Made by a program: the position numbers and the translations under genes
Notes under the pieces: model-generated
Database searches by the model: none
What the model was told of the DNA's origin: nothing
The model's input: only the letters and a program-made list of their open reading frames with translations
Shown: positions 50,118-58,869 of the stretch, piece by piece
Layout: every line of letters begins with the position of its first letter
Numbering within the stretch: the first letter of the stretch is position 1
Source: an uncultured Phycisphaerales bacterium
GTDB lineage: Bacteria > Planctomycetota > Phycisphaerae > Sedimentisphaerales > Anaerobacaceae
Reading direction: 5' to 3'
NCBI GenBank assembly: GCA_963718665.1
Contig: OY970359.1
Span: 2,112,001 to 2,176,000, forward strand
DNA: 64,000 nucleotides

Positions 50118-50891
50118 ATGATAACCATACCAAGCCGGATATCGAATTGGTTTACCGGAGCCGTTAGCGATGCGGTTGGGGGACTGGGCCAGTTACTTTG
50201 GCCTTCTAAATGCGTCAACTGCGGTGAACATAACGTTGAAACAGGCAGCGGCCTGTGTGGCGACTGCTGGGAGGGCCTCACTTCCGTATGCTCTGCTGAT
50301 TATTGCAGGCGTTGCGGCAGAGACGTAAGCCCTTACGTTGCTCGTGAAGGTGTTTGCCTGAATTGCCGTGGTGAACAGATGCGTTTTGACGGAATTGCTC
50401 GTGCCGGTATGTATGCGGAATCGCTGCGGGATATGGTGAAGGCGTTCAAGAATGACAAAACCGAACTTGATTCGCTAATGGTCTGGCTGGCGGACACTGC
50501 GTTGCAGACAAGCACATTTTTTCAGGATATCGATTTTTTTGTGCCTGTGCCTTTACACTGGCGAAGACGCTTTAATCGCGGTTACAACCAGTCGTATCTA
50601 TTGGCCAGGGGGCTGAAACATCCTTCTGCCAAAGTCAGCACCGACCTTGTCCGTATTCGTTATACGAAGCCGCAATCTGAAATGCTGAGTTTTGCTGCCC
50701 GGGTAAAAAATGTGAAGGGTGCATTTGCAGTCCGTTATCGGCATCCTTTCACGGGCCGCAAGATTTGCCTTGTAGATGACATTAAAACTACCAATGCTAC
50801 GCTGAATGAATGCGCGAATACACTCAAGGAAGCTGGGGCGTCAAAGGTTTTTGCTCTGGTGTTATCGGTGGCAGGTCAGGATGCGAGATAA
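50118..50891 (+). CDS. comF: ComF-family phosphoribosyltransferase-like protein
   Basis: Double zinc ribbon, PVPLHWRR..RGYNQS, LVDDIKTT. Confidence 0.88.
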   Translation: MITIPSRISNWFTGAVSDAVGGLGQLLWPSKCVNCGEHNVETGSGLCGDCWEGLTSVCSADYCRRCGRDVSPYVAREGVCLNCRGEQMRFDGIARAGMYAESLRDMVKAFKNDKTELDSLMVWLADTALQTSTFFQDIDFFVPVPLHWRRRFNRGYNQSYLLARGLKHPSAKVSTDLVRIRYTKPQSEMLSFAARVKNVKGAFAVRYRHPFTGRKICLVDDIKTTNATLNECANTLKEAGASKVFALVLSVAGQDAR

Positions 50892-50906
50892 TTTTTACGG
50901 GGGATG

Positions 50907-51752
50907 TTATTTCTGGCAGTAATCGATGAGGCGGGCGATTTCGCTGCGAAGGTCTTTGCGGTGAACAATCATATCGACGAAGCCGTGTTCGAGCATAAAC
51001 TCCGCGGTCTGGAAACCTTCCGGAAGCTCGACCTTAATTGTCTCGGCGATGGTTCGCGGGCCTGCGAAACCGATTAACGCCTTTGGCTCGGCGATGAGAC
51101 AGTCGCCCAGCATCGCGAAACTGGCGGTAACGCCGCCGGTGGTGGGGTCGGTCAGGACCGAGATAAAGAAGCCGCCTTCCCTGTCGAGTTTGGCGATGGC
51201 TGCGCTGGTTTTCGCCATTTGGCCCAGCGATACGACGCCCTCGTGCATCCTTGCGCCGCCCGATGAGCATATAGCCACAAGCGGCAGCTTTTCTTCGATA
51301 GCTTTTTCGACGGCCAAACAGAGTTTTTCGCCGACGACATAGCCCATCGAACCCATCAGAAAATTCGGCTCCATAACTGCAAGCACTACGCCTCTTCCCT
51401 TGATGAATGCCTTGCCGATTCGCATTGCTTCTTTTGAGCTGCTTTTGTGTTCGTCGGCTTTTAGCCGTTGAAGATAGGTTGTGCCTCTGAAGTTGAAATC
51501 AAGTGGGTCGTTGCTGGTAAGGTGGTCGTGCGTTTCCTCGAATGAACCCTCATCGACCAAGTAGCTGATGCGGGTGAGCGAGTCGATGCGGAAGTGATAA
51601 TCGCATTCCGGGCAGACGTTGAGGTTTTTCTCAACGGTGCTTTTGTAAAGCATGTGCTCACAGGCCGGACAACGCGTCCAAAGGCCGTCAGGCATTTCCT
51701 TTCGCTTTTTGAGCGAAAAGCCGTTCCATTTTGATTTCGCTTCTTTTGCCAT
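50907..51752 (-). CDS. accD: acetyl-CoA carboxylase carboxyltransferase beta subunit
   Basis: GLWTRCPAC..VCPEC, SGGARMHEG, PTTGGVTASFA, GFAGPR. Confidence 0.96.
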   Translation of the reverse strand: MAKEAKSKWNGFSLKKRKEMPDGLWTRCPACEHMLYKSTVEKNLNVCPECDYHFRIDSLTRISYLVDEGSFEETHDHLTSNDPLDFNFRGTTYLQRLKADEHKSSSKEAMRIGKAFIKGRGVVLAVMEPNFLMGSMGYVVGEKLCLAVEKAIEEKLPLVAICSSGGARMHEGVVSLGQMAKTSAAIAKLDREGGFFISVLTDPTTGGVTASFAMLGDCLIAEPKALIGFAGPRTIAETIKVELPEGFQTAEFMLEHGFVDMIVHRKDLRSEIARLIDYCQK

Positions 51753-51823
51753 AATCGGCATTCAGACCTCATTCACAGGATTCAAAGATTCTACCAAAAA
51801 AGCGAGCGGATTTCCAGAAACAA

Positions 51824-52498
51824 TTATTTACTTGCCCGTCGAATTGCGTTTATGGCGGCGATTCTGTTTTTTTTGCCGAAGATTGCCCTGCCCGCCACAA
51901 GGGTATCGGCTCCGTAACCAACCACGATGGGCGTGGTTTTAATGTCGATACCGCCGTCAACCTCGACCCTGATTTTGGGGCCGACGATGTTGCGGACGGT
52001 GCGGATTTTTTTTGCGGCAGCGGCGATGAATTTCTGCCCGCCAAAGCCGGGATGGACCGTCATTACAAGAATCATATCGGCAAGATGAGCTATCTTTTCG
52101 ATTGCTTTAACCGGTGTTTCGGGGTTAAGGCAAATGCCTGCTGTTATGCCCATACCGTGAAGGATTTTTATCAATTCCGCCGGTTTTTTTTCGACCTCGA
52201 TGTGAAACGTTATATTGTTGACGCCCGCCTTGACGAAAGCGGGGGCGTATTTTCGCGGGTCGGTAATCATCAGGTGAGCGTCGAAAAACAGATTGCTGTG
52301 CTTGCGCAATTCAGCGACTACCGGCGGGCCGATGGTGATATTCGGGACGAAGTGCCCGTCCATAATGTCGAGGTGAACCATTTTGACGCCTGCCTTTTCA
52401 ATTACGGCAAGCTCGTCGGCCAGCCGCGCAAAATCAGCGGCCAAAATAGAGGGATTGACCTCAATGACGCCGGGTTTGGGCAATCTTCGTTTAATCAT
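51824..52498 (-). CDS. rpe: ribulose-phosphate 3-epimerase
   Basis: PSILAADF, HLDIMDGHFVPN, MTVHPGFGGQ, VDGG. Confidence 0.96.
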   Translation of the reverse strand: MIKRRLPKPGVIEVNPSILAADFARLADELAVIEKAGVKMVHLDIMDGHFVPNITIGPPVVAELRKHSNLFFDAHLMITDPRKYAPAFVKAGVNNITFHIEVEKKPAELIKILHGMGITAGICLNPETPVKAIEKIAHLADMILVMTVHPGFGGQKFIAAAAKKIRTVRNIVGPKIRVEVDGGIDIKTTPIVVGYGADTLVAGRAIFGKKNRIAAINAIRRASK

Positions 52499-52539
52499 AA
52501 GCTTCCGTGCAGTATCTCGGTTAATTCTGTGGAAGGTTA

Positions 52540-53778
52540 TTATTTTTCGTCTAAGATTTCAAGGCAGACGAATTTTTTGCCTTCGAGAAATTCAAGCGAC
52601 GCACCGCCGCCCGTTGATATATGCGTCACTTTTTTATCAAGGCCGAGTTTTTTCAACGCACTTGCGCTGTCGCCGCCGCCGATGACGCTTTTGGCGCCTT
52701 TGCTTGTGGCGTCCGCGACCGCCTGGGCGACCGCCTTGGTACCTTCATCGAAGGGGGGCATTTCAAAAACGCCCATCGGGCCGTTCCATACGATTGTCTT
52801 TGCGTCGGCCAGCTTGTCGGCGAACAGTTTACGTGTCGCCGGGCCTATATCCATACCCTGCCAGCCGGCTTCGATATCGCCGGTAACGACTTTGTTCTCG
52901 GCTCCTGCCTTGAATTCTTTGGCGACGACGGTATCGATTGGCAGTAGTAATTCGCACTTCGCGGCTTTGGCTTTTTCCTGAAGTTCCTTGGCCTTTGCAA
53001 GAAAATCATCTTCGCAAAGGGAGTTGCCGACGGTTTTGCCGTTGGCCTTGGCGAATGTGTATGCCATAGCGCCGCCTATGATGATTTTGTTTACTTTGGC
53101 CATCAGGTTTTCGATGACGCCCAATTTGTCGGAGACCTTTGCGCCGCCCAAGATTGCGACGAATGGCCTGACCGGGTTGGTTACGGTGTCGCCTAAGAAT
53201 TTCAGCTCTTTTTCGACTAAGAAGCCGATGACGCGTGGTTTGCCCTTCATCATCGCGGGCACGGTGTACATCGAGGCGTTGTCGCGGTGAGCGGTGCCGA
53301 ATGCGTCGTTGACATATACATCCGCGAGGTCGGCCATCTGCTTTGCGAAATCGTCCTTTGCCTTACGCAGGGCGGGGTCATCCTTTGCTTTTTTGTCTTT
53401 GATTTCCTCTTCTTTGTGGAAGCGGACGTTTTCGAGGAGCAGGACATCGCCCGGCTTTAGCGCCTTGGCTTTGGCTTGGGGGTCTGCACCAACACAATCA
53501 TTGGCGAAGATGACTTCTTTGCCGAGAAGCTCCGACAGCTTTTTGGCGACGGGTTTCATCGAGGCCTTTGGGTCCGGCTTGCCGTCGGGTCTGCCGAGGT
53601 GGCTTGCGAGAATAAGCGAGCCGCCGTCTGCGAGCACCTTCTTTATTGAAGGCAGCGCGGCTACGATTCTTTTGTCGCTGGTGATATTACAGTTTTCATC
53701 GAGTGGAACGTTAAAATCCACCCGCATGAATACTTTTTTACCTTTGACGTTTATATCGGCTATCGTTTTTTTTGCCAT
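52540..53778 (-). CDS. pgk: phosphoglycerate kinase
   Basis: RVDFNVP, SHLGRP, NDAFGTAHR, GGAKVSDK, STGGGASLE; start MAKKT at 53778. Confidence 0.97.
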   Translation of the reverse strand: MAKKTIADINVKGKKVFMRVDFNVPLDENCNITSDKRIVAALPSIKKVLADGGSLILASHLGRPDGKPDPKASMKPVAKKLSELLGKEVIFANDCVGADPQAKAKALKPGDVLLLENVRFHKEEEIKDKKAKDDPALRKAKDDFAKQMADLADVYVNDAFGTAHRDNASMYTVPAMMKGKPRVIGFLVEKELKFLGDTVTNPVRPFVAILGGAKVSDKLGVIENLMAKVNKIIIGGAMAYTFAKANGKTVGNSLCEDDFLAKAKELQEKAKAAKCELLLPIDTVVAKEFKAGAENKVVTGDIEAGWQGMDIGPATRKLFADKLADAKTIVWNGPMGVFEMPPFDEGTKAVAQAVADATSKGAKSVIGGGDSASALKKLGLDKKVTHISTGGGASLEFLEGKKFVCLEILDEK

Positions 53779-53818
53779 ATTCTCACCTGCTTTATAAAAT
53801 CGAATATATAATAAAAAA

Positions 53819-53847
53819 ATCGGGTCCCGGTAAATCCGGGACCCGAT
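53819..53847 (-). terminator. stem-loop between gap and pgk
   Basis: ATCGGGTCCCGG-TAAAT-CCGGGACCCGAT with T run on minus strand. Confidence 0.7.
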
Positions 53848-53854
53848 GGTTTGC

Positions 53855-54871
53855 TTAGCCGAGTTTCGCCATTTTTTCCATAATATCAACGGTGCGGTTC
53901 GAATAACCCCACTCATTGTCATACCAGCTAATCGCTTTAACGGTCTTGCCCTTTACCATGGTGAGCAGTGAATCGAAGATGCTCGAAGCGGGGTTGTTGA
54001 CAATGTCGCTGCTTACGATTGGCTCATCGCAATAAACGAGGACGCCTTTCATCGGGCCTTCCGCTGCTTTTTTCATCGCTGCGTTAACGTCGGCGACTGT
54101 TACCTCTTTTTTCACGTTGACGACGAGGTCAACCAGGCTGCCTACCGGGACTGGGACGCGGACCGCGAAGCCGTCGAGTTTACCGTCGAGTTCCGGGACA
54201 ACCTTGCCGATTGCCTTTGCTGCGCCTGTGCTTGTGGGAATAATATTTGCGGCTGCTGCTCTTGCCCTACGGAGGTCTTTGTGAATCTGGTCGGCGACTT
54301 TCTGGTCGTTGGTATATGCGTGAATGGTGGTCATTACGCCGCTCTCGATGCCAAAGGTATCATTGAGGACCTTGGCGATTGGGGCAAGACAGTTGGTCGT
54401 GCAGCTCGCGTTCGAGACGCATTTGATGTTCTTGGTGAGCTTGCCGTCGTTTACGCCCATAACGATTGTGGCCTCGATGTCATCTTTTGCCGGGACGGTT
54501 AGAACAACCTTCTTTGCGCCTGCCTTGATGTGGTCGCCGTAGCCGCCCTTTTCCGATGATGCCTTGGTGAACAGACCTGTGGATTCGACGACGATTTCGA
54601 CGCCCATATCCTTCCACGGCAGTTCCGCCGGGTTCTTCACGGCCAGGACTTTTACGGTTTTCCCGTTTATTATGATGTCTGAGCCCTTTGCCTCGACTGT
54701 TCCCTGCCATTTGCCTTCGACGGTATCGTATTTGAACAGGTGCGCCAGTGACTTGGCGTCTGACAGGTCGTTGATGGCGACCAGCTCAAGATTGGATTTG
54801 CGTGTCATCAGGATTCTTGTTACGGCTCTGCCGATTCGGCCAAAACCGTTTATTGCTACCTTTGTTGCCAT
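53855..54871 (-). CDS. gap: type I glyceraldehyde-3-phosphate dehydrogenase
   Basis: INGFGRIGR, SNASCTTNCLAP, WYDNEWGYS. Confidence 0.98.
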   Translation of the reverse strand: MATKVAINGFGRIGRAVTRILMTRKSNLELVAINDLSDAKSLAHLFKYDTVEGKWQGTVEAKGSDIIINGKTVKVLAVKNPAELPWKDMGVEIVVESTGLFTKASSEKGGYGDHIKAGAKKVVLTVPAKDDIEATIVMGVNDGKLTKNIKCVSNASCTTNCLAPIAKVLNDTFGIESGVMTTIHAYTNDQKVADQIHKDLRRARAAAANIIPTSTGAAKAIGKVVPELDGKLDGFAVRVPVPVGSLVDLVVNVKKEVTVADVNAAMKKAAEGPMKGVLVYCDEPIVSSDIVNNPASSIFDSLLTMVKGKTVKAISWYDNEWGYSNRTVDIMEKMAKLG

Positions 54872-54957
54872 TTCTGAATCTCCTTTTTCGACTGTGATAT
54901 TAAATAAGGTTTCTTTTGGTAATTGAGCGTTCCGACAGGCCGGAACACAAAGGGAAT

Positions 54958-54986
54958 AATGTATTTGCGCATCTTCTAATTGTCAA
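54958..54986 (-). promoter_or_regulatory. sigma-70 promoter of gap-pgk-rpe
   Basis: Minus strand TTGACA-N17-TACATT. Confidence 0.6.
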
Positions 54987-55216
54987 GAGGATTACAGGCA
55001 ATCTCTTTACTTTTCAGGCAGGGGGGTAAAAATCAAAAATAGGGTTAGGGAGCGCGTATGCGACGCGAAATTGATATTTTTTGGAAAAATTTTTATGCTT
55101 CTGTCCCATATTATCCGTGATGCCAAACAGGGTATCTGCGATTTCAAAAAATTTGCTTAGAGAAGGCGATTTTGTTCGGTTTTTGTTAGGGTTTTTCGAG
55201 GGTGCTGGCCGATAGA

Positions 55217-55280
55217 AACCACTGATTTCTCAGATGGCACAGAGAACTAAAAAACAGTGAAATCTGTGTAATCTGTGGTT
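55217..55280. repeat. REP-like inverted array of 9-mer units
   Basis: AACCACTGATTTCTCAGATGGCACAGA ... AATCTGTGTAATCTGTGGTT. Confidence 0.55.
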
Positions 55281-55298
55281 AAGAATGGAGCGTGTATT

Positions 55299-55784
55299 AT
55301 GATAGAGAGAATAGGGCCGGTATGCAGGTTCGGGCCTGGCGGCGATTATGAATCAGTGTGGCCGGGCGAATGGATGGAGCAGGCGACGCAGCCGAAAAAC
55401 GCGATTGGCAGATTGCTGGATGTTATTGCGGGTATGACGGATGTGATTCGAGGCGGCGATCGCTGCGTCGAGGTAACCGGCCCGATTGATATAGAGCAGG
55501 AGAACAAGTTGTATGAGTCAGACGAAAGAGGAACAGGCGTCCGGCGAGGGGCTTACGCCGCGGCAGGTTCAGTTGCTAAGCACAATCGCGGGGTTTCGGA
55601 CCAGCAGGGGTTATTTGCCGACGATTGGAGAGCTGGCGCAGCAGTTAAGCATAAGCCGAGCAACCGCATTCGGACACATCGAACAACTGCGAAGAAAAGG
55701 ACTTGTGTCGGGTCAGCAGTGTCCTTCGACGAAGGCCAGGGCACGCTCTTTGAACTTGACTTCAAAGGCGCGAAGACGGCTTAA
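55299..55784 (+). CDS. hypothetical 161-aa protein overlapping lexA out of frame, with two QxxLF motifs
   Basis: ATG 55299 after GGAG; open for 272 nt inside lexA; QQGLF and QGTLF. Confidence 0.55.
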   Translation: MIERIGPVCRFGPGGDYESVWPGEWMEQATQPKNAIGRLLDVIAGMTDVIRGGDRCVEVTGPIDIEQENKLYESDERGTGVRRGAYAAAGSVAKHNRGVSDQQGLFADDWRAGAAVKHKPSNRIRTHRTTAKKRTCVGSAVSFDEGQGTLFELDFKGAKTA

Positions 55785-56202
55785 ACAAATCCCTGATATC
55801 GAGCATCAAGCATCGAGCATCGAGCATCGAGACGAAGGGATTCCTCTTGTGGGCAGAGTCGCCGCCGGATTACCCGTTGAGGCGGTCGAGAACAAAGATT
55901 ACCTTTCCATCGAATCCTGCTTTGGCAATATAGGCGATATATTTGCCCTTGAGGTCAAAGGCGATAGTATGGTCGGCGAGAACATCCGCGAGGGGGATTA
56001 CGTTATCTGCAAACGAACAGCCACGGCCTCGAATGGCCAGTTAGTTGTCGCGATAGTCGATAACGAGGACGCGACCTTAAAAAGGTTTTACAGAGAAAAT
56101 AATCTTGTTCGTTTACAGCCGGCAAACGACGCATACGAGCCGATTTATTCAGACAATTGCCAAATCCAGGGTGTAGTCATCGGCCTTGTCCGAAAACTCT
56201 AA
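55513..56202 (+). CDS. lexA: SOS repressor LexA
   Basis: LTPRQ, PTIGEL, IPLVGRVAAG (Ala-Gly site), GDSM (Ser), ATLKRF (Lys); RBS AGGAG. Confidence 0.94.
   Translation: MSQTKEEQASGEGLTPRQVQLLSTIAGFRTSRGYLPTIGELAQQLSISRATAFGHIEQLRRKGLVSGQQCPSTKARARSLNLTSKARRRLKQIPDIEHQASSIEHRDEGIPLVGRVAAGLPVEAVENKDYLSIESCFGNIGDIFALEVKGDSMVGENIREGDYVICKRTATASNGQLVVAIVDNEDATLKRFYRENNLVRLQPANDAYEPIYSDNCQIQGVVIGLVRKL
55798..55832 (+). repeat. heptamer tandem repeat in the LexA interdomain linker
   Basis: ATCGAGC ATCAAGC ATCGAGC ATCGAGC ATCGAGA. Confidence 0.85.
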
Positions 56203-56252
56203 CTTTTCGTCAAACCCGTCACAGCGGGCAGGCGGATATTGTTACATCATTA

Positions 56253-56420
56253 CTATTCAAGCCACTCCTCCGCCAGAACAGCGAAATCTCTAAAATTCAC
56301 GATGTCATCTGGGCTGCCCTCTGGGTAGATGTATGCATCTATACCCTCGGTGAGCTACTCTTCGCTCATAACTTTCAGGTCAGCCACCGTCGGGCCGTCT
56401 GGCTTTTTTTCACCACGTCG
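56253..56420 (-). pseudogene. orphan remnant of a dockerin-like C-terminal domain
   Basis: Minus strand VADLKVMSEE*LTEGIDAYIYPEGSPDDIVNFRDFAVLAEEWLE*; internal TAG where Trp is expected. Confidence 0.7.
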
Positions 56421-56423
56421 AGG

Positions 56424-58529
56424 TTAGCCACACTCCGGCGATGTGCATTCCAGCCAGTGATTAGCTATCTCAGCGAAATCGAGCATAGTTACCTCGCCAT
56501 CTTTGTTGCTGTCTGCACCATCGCACCAGTTATTTATCGCCGCGCAGCCGGTCTCAAGCCAATTGTCTACGAATACGGCAATATCTAATAGGTCCACCCA
56601 GCGGCTGTCTTCTTTTAGGTCCCAAGCCGAATAAAACTCAAACGCACCCATATCCACTATTTTTTGCCCGTTACAATTTGCGGTCCCGATGCGAGGGTTG
56701 CCTGCCAAGTCGGTGGTAACGCCGGTGGGCACAGCCGAGTTGTCGCCAGCGTCGATACAAGGGCTGCCCGCCTGCAGACGAAGGTCCCCGTAGTAGTCGC
56801 TGGAGTACGGATCGGCGTACGGATCGGGGTTACATATGAAAAGTGGGTCGGCGTCAATATTGCCGGTTCCTCCTCCTCCTCCTACCCAGCCGCCCTCGAT
56901 GTTGCTGTAGCTGATGATGGAATAACTATAGTAATCGTCATAAACCGGGTCAGGAAAATTACCCCACAGGATGCAGTTTGTCACCACTGGCCAGCTCAAG
57001 TAGTTGTACATCCCGCCGCCGCCGTACCATGCCTGGTTACCGCTGAATGAGCAGTTGGTAACGGTCGGGCTGCTCTCGTAATTGTCCATCCCGCCGCCGT
57101 AGGTGGCCGAGTTGTTGGTGAAGGCGCAGTTGGTCACAATCGAATTGCTGTTGTATTCGTTGTCCATCCCGCCGCCGCTGATGGGTGCCCAGTTTCCGCT
57201 GAAAGCGCAACTGGTTACAATCGGGCTGCTGGACTCGTTGTATATCCCACCGCCGGAGTCATCTTCGGCCGAGTTGTCGGTGAATGTGCAGTTTGTCACG
57301 GTCGGGCTGCTGTCTTCGTTGCCCATCCCGCCGCCGGATTCGTAGGCCGAGTTGCTGTTGAAGATGCAGTTGGTCACCGTCGGGCTGCTGTATTCGTTGC
57401 CCATCCCGCCGCAGTAGGTGGCCGTGTTGCTGCTGAAGGTGCAGTTAGTCACTGTCGGGTTACTGTTGTCGTTGCCCATCCCGCCGCCGTAACTCTCGGA
57501 CTCACCGTATGCTGAATTTCCAATGAAAGCACAGTTGGCAACCGTCGGGCTGCTCCCGACGTTGCGCATCCCGCCGCCAAAGTCGTTGGCATTGCCGCCG
57601 GTAATCGTAAAGCCGTCCAGTGTAGCGCCGTTTACTCCTACAACCACGTAATAGGAATTGTCCGAGTTGTCGCCCTGTGTACCTATATCTCCCGAGAGAA
57701 TTGTCTGATTTGTGACCCAGTTACGCTGGTCGCGTGTTGTCTCAGTTCCGGCAAAGCCGCCGTAAATGGCCACACCCTGTTTCATAACAAATGATATCGT
57801 CCGGCCGGCGTTGCCACCTGTATAGGCAGTAGAATAAGTGGTGCTAACCCCGTCGTCTATGTATGCTTTTACAGCCGCATTCGATTTTATCTCGATAGAA
57901 AACGTTACTTGTTTCCCGGCCAAAGCGCTGAAGTTACCAATTTGTTGGTAGACCCGAGTTCCATAGCCGTAGCCTAGACTTTTATCTACTTTCATACTGT
58001 AGCTGCCACTGACTTTATTTGATGCCCCGGACTCTCTTGACACGCTTCCTCCACTATACAGACAAGTTGCGTACCAAAAATCGGCGGTATATCCGTCATA
58101 CTGCCAGCCTGGTCCTCCAAATGTGGTCCCGCTATTCCAATCCTCAAATCCGCCATTATTCACAGTTGACGCAATCGTAACAAGAGCATCATCGAGGTAT
58201 GAAACCGATGGAAGCCCAAGCTGATCAAATCCGACCTCCACTTTTGTAGCGCTTGCACTTATACTCTTAGTAACTATAAGATTTTCAAAGGCGTTAGTCG
58301 TAGTCGTGGGCTTGTATGTCCCCGCCGCAACCCAGATTTCATCGCCGCCGGCCGCCGCCAATAGGGCGGATTGCAGGTCCGTATAAGAGTCAGCCCAGAT
58401 TGTGCCATTGTTGGCACCGGTTGCATTAGAATTGACATAGATAACTGCAGCCCCCGCAAAATCTGATCCGCAAATGCTACCGACGAGAACAATTATTGAG
58501 AAAACGATAAATGGTCTTTTCGCTGACAT
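56424..58529 (-). CDS. secreted parallel beta-helix (pectin-lyase-like fold) protein with dockerin-like C-terminus
   Basis: Signal peptide; DEIWVAAGTYKP, YGGFAGTET, repeats SPTVTNCxFxxNxAxxGGGM, SPCIDAG..VDMGAFE. Confidence 0.85.
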   Translation of the reverse strand: MSAKRPFIVFSIIVLVGSICGSDFAGAAVIYVNSNATGANNGTIWADSYTDLQSALLAAAGGDEIWVAAGTYKPTTTTNAFENLIVTKSISASATKVEVGFDQLGLPSVSYLDDALVTIASTVNNGGFEDWNSGTTFGGPGWQYDGYTADFWYATCLYSGGSVSRESGASNKVSGSYSMKVDKSLGYGYGTRVYQQIGNFSALAGKQVTFSIEIKSNAAVKAYIDDGVSTTYSTAYTGGNAGRTISFVMKQGVAIYGGFAGTETTRDQRNWVTNQTILSGDIGTQGDNSDNSYYVVVGVNGATLDGFTITGGNANDFGGGMRNVGSSPTVANCAFIGNSAYGESESYGGGMGNDNSNPTVTNCTFSSNTATYCGGMGNEYSSPTVTNCIFNSNSAYESGGGMGNEDSSPTVTNCTFTDNSAEDDSGGGIYNESSSPIVTSCAFSGNWAPISGGGMDNEYNSNSIVTNCAFTNNSATYGGGMDNYESSPTVTNCSFSGNQAWYGGGGMYNYLSWPVVTNCILWGNFPDPVYDDYYSYSIISYSNIEGGWVGGGGGTGNIDADPLFICNPDPYADPYSSDYYGDLRLQAGSPCIDAGDNSAVPTGVTTDLAGNPRIGTANCNGQKIVDMGAFEFYSAWDLKEDSRWVDLLDIAVFVDNWLETGCAAINNWCDGADSNKDGEVTMLDFAEIANHWLECTSPECG
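56960..57580 (-). repeat. about 8 coding repeats of ~23 aa (beta-helix coils)
   Basis: Recurrent CATCCCGCCGCC and GTCGGGCTGCT on plus strand. Confidence 0.8.
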
Positions 58530-58869
58530 TTTTGCTCCTCCTTAATTAAGCGTGTTAGCGTGTTAAAAAGTGCGTTTATACATCGAAAACAGGTTCTCCT
58601 CATAAAACCGATAACGAATACAACAACATCTATAAATTTATGGCTCTGAAAGCAAGCAAAATGTTACATGTTTTTTATCAAAATTATGCAAAAGATAATT
58701 TGGGCAATTTGTCGCCTCGGTTTGCTTGCCCAAATAGGCCTGTTCGTTTAATTGCGAAAGTTGCATACGGAAGAGCATGGGGATAGGGCTTGTCAGATTA
58801 CCGTGTGGACATTAGAATGGCGTCCCTTCGAATATATCTTGAAAGATGATTAAATCGGGAAACCGGCGA

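Noticed and set aside
55021..55298. LexA (SOS) box upstream of the lexA locus
   Set aside because: No convincing palindrome of a known LexA type could be identified by eye
56960..57580. Regularly spaced repeats suggestive of CRISPR
   Set aside because: Degenerate in-frame coding repeats of a beta-helix; no cas genes
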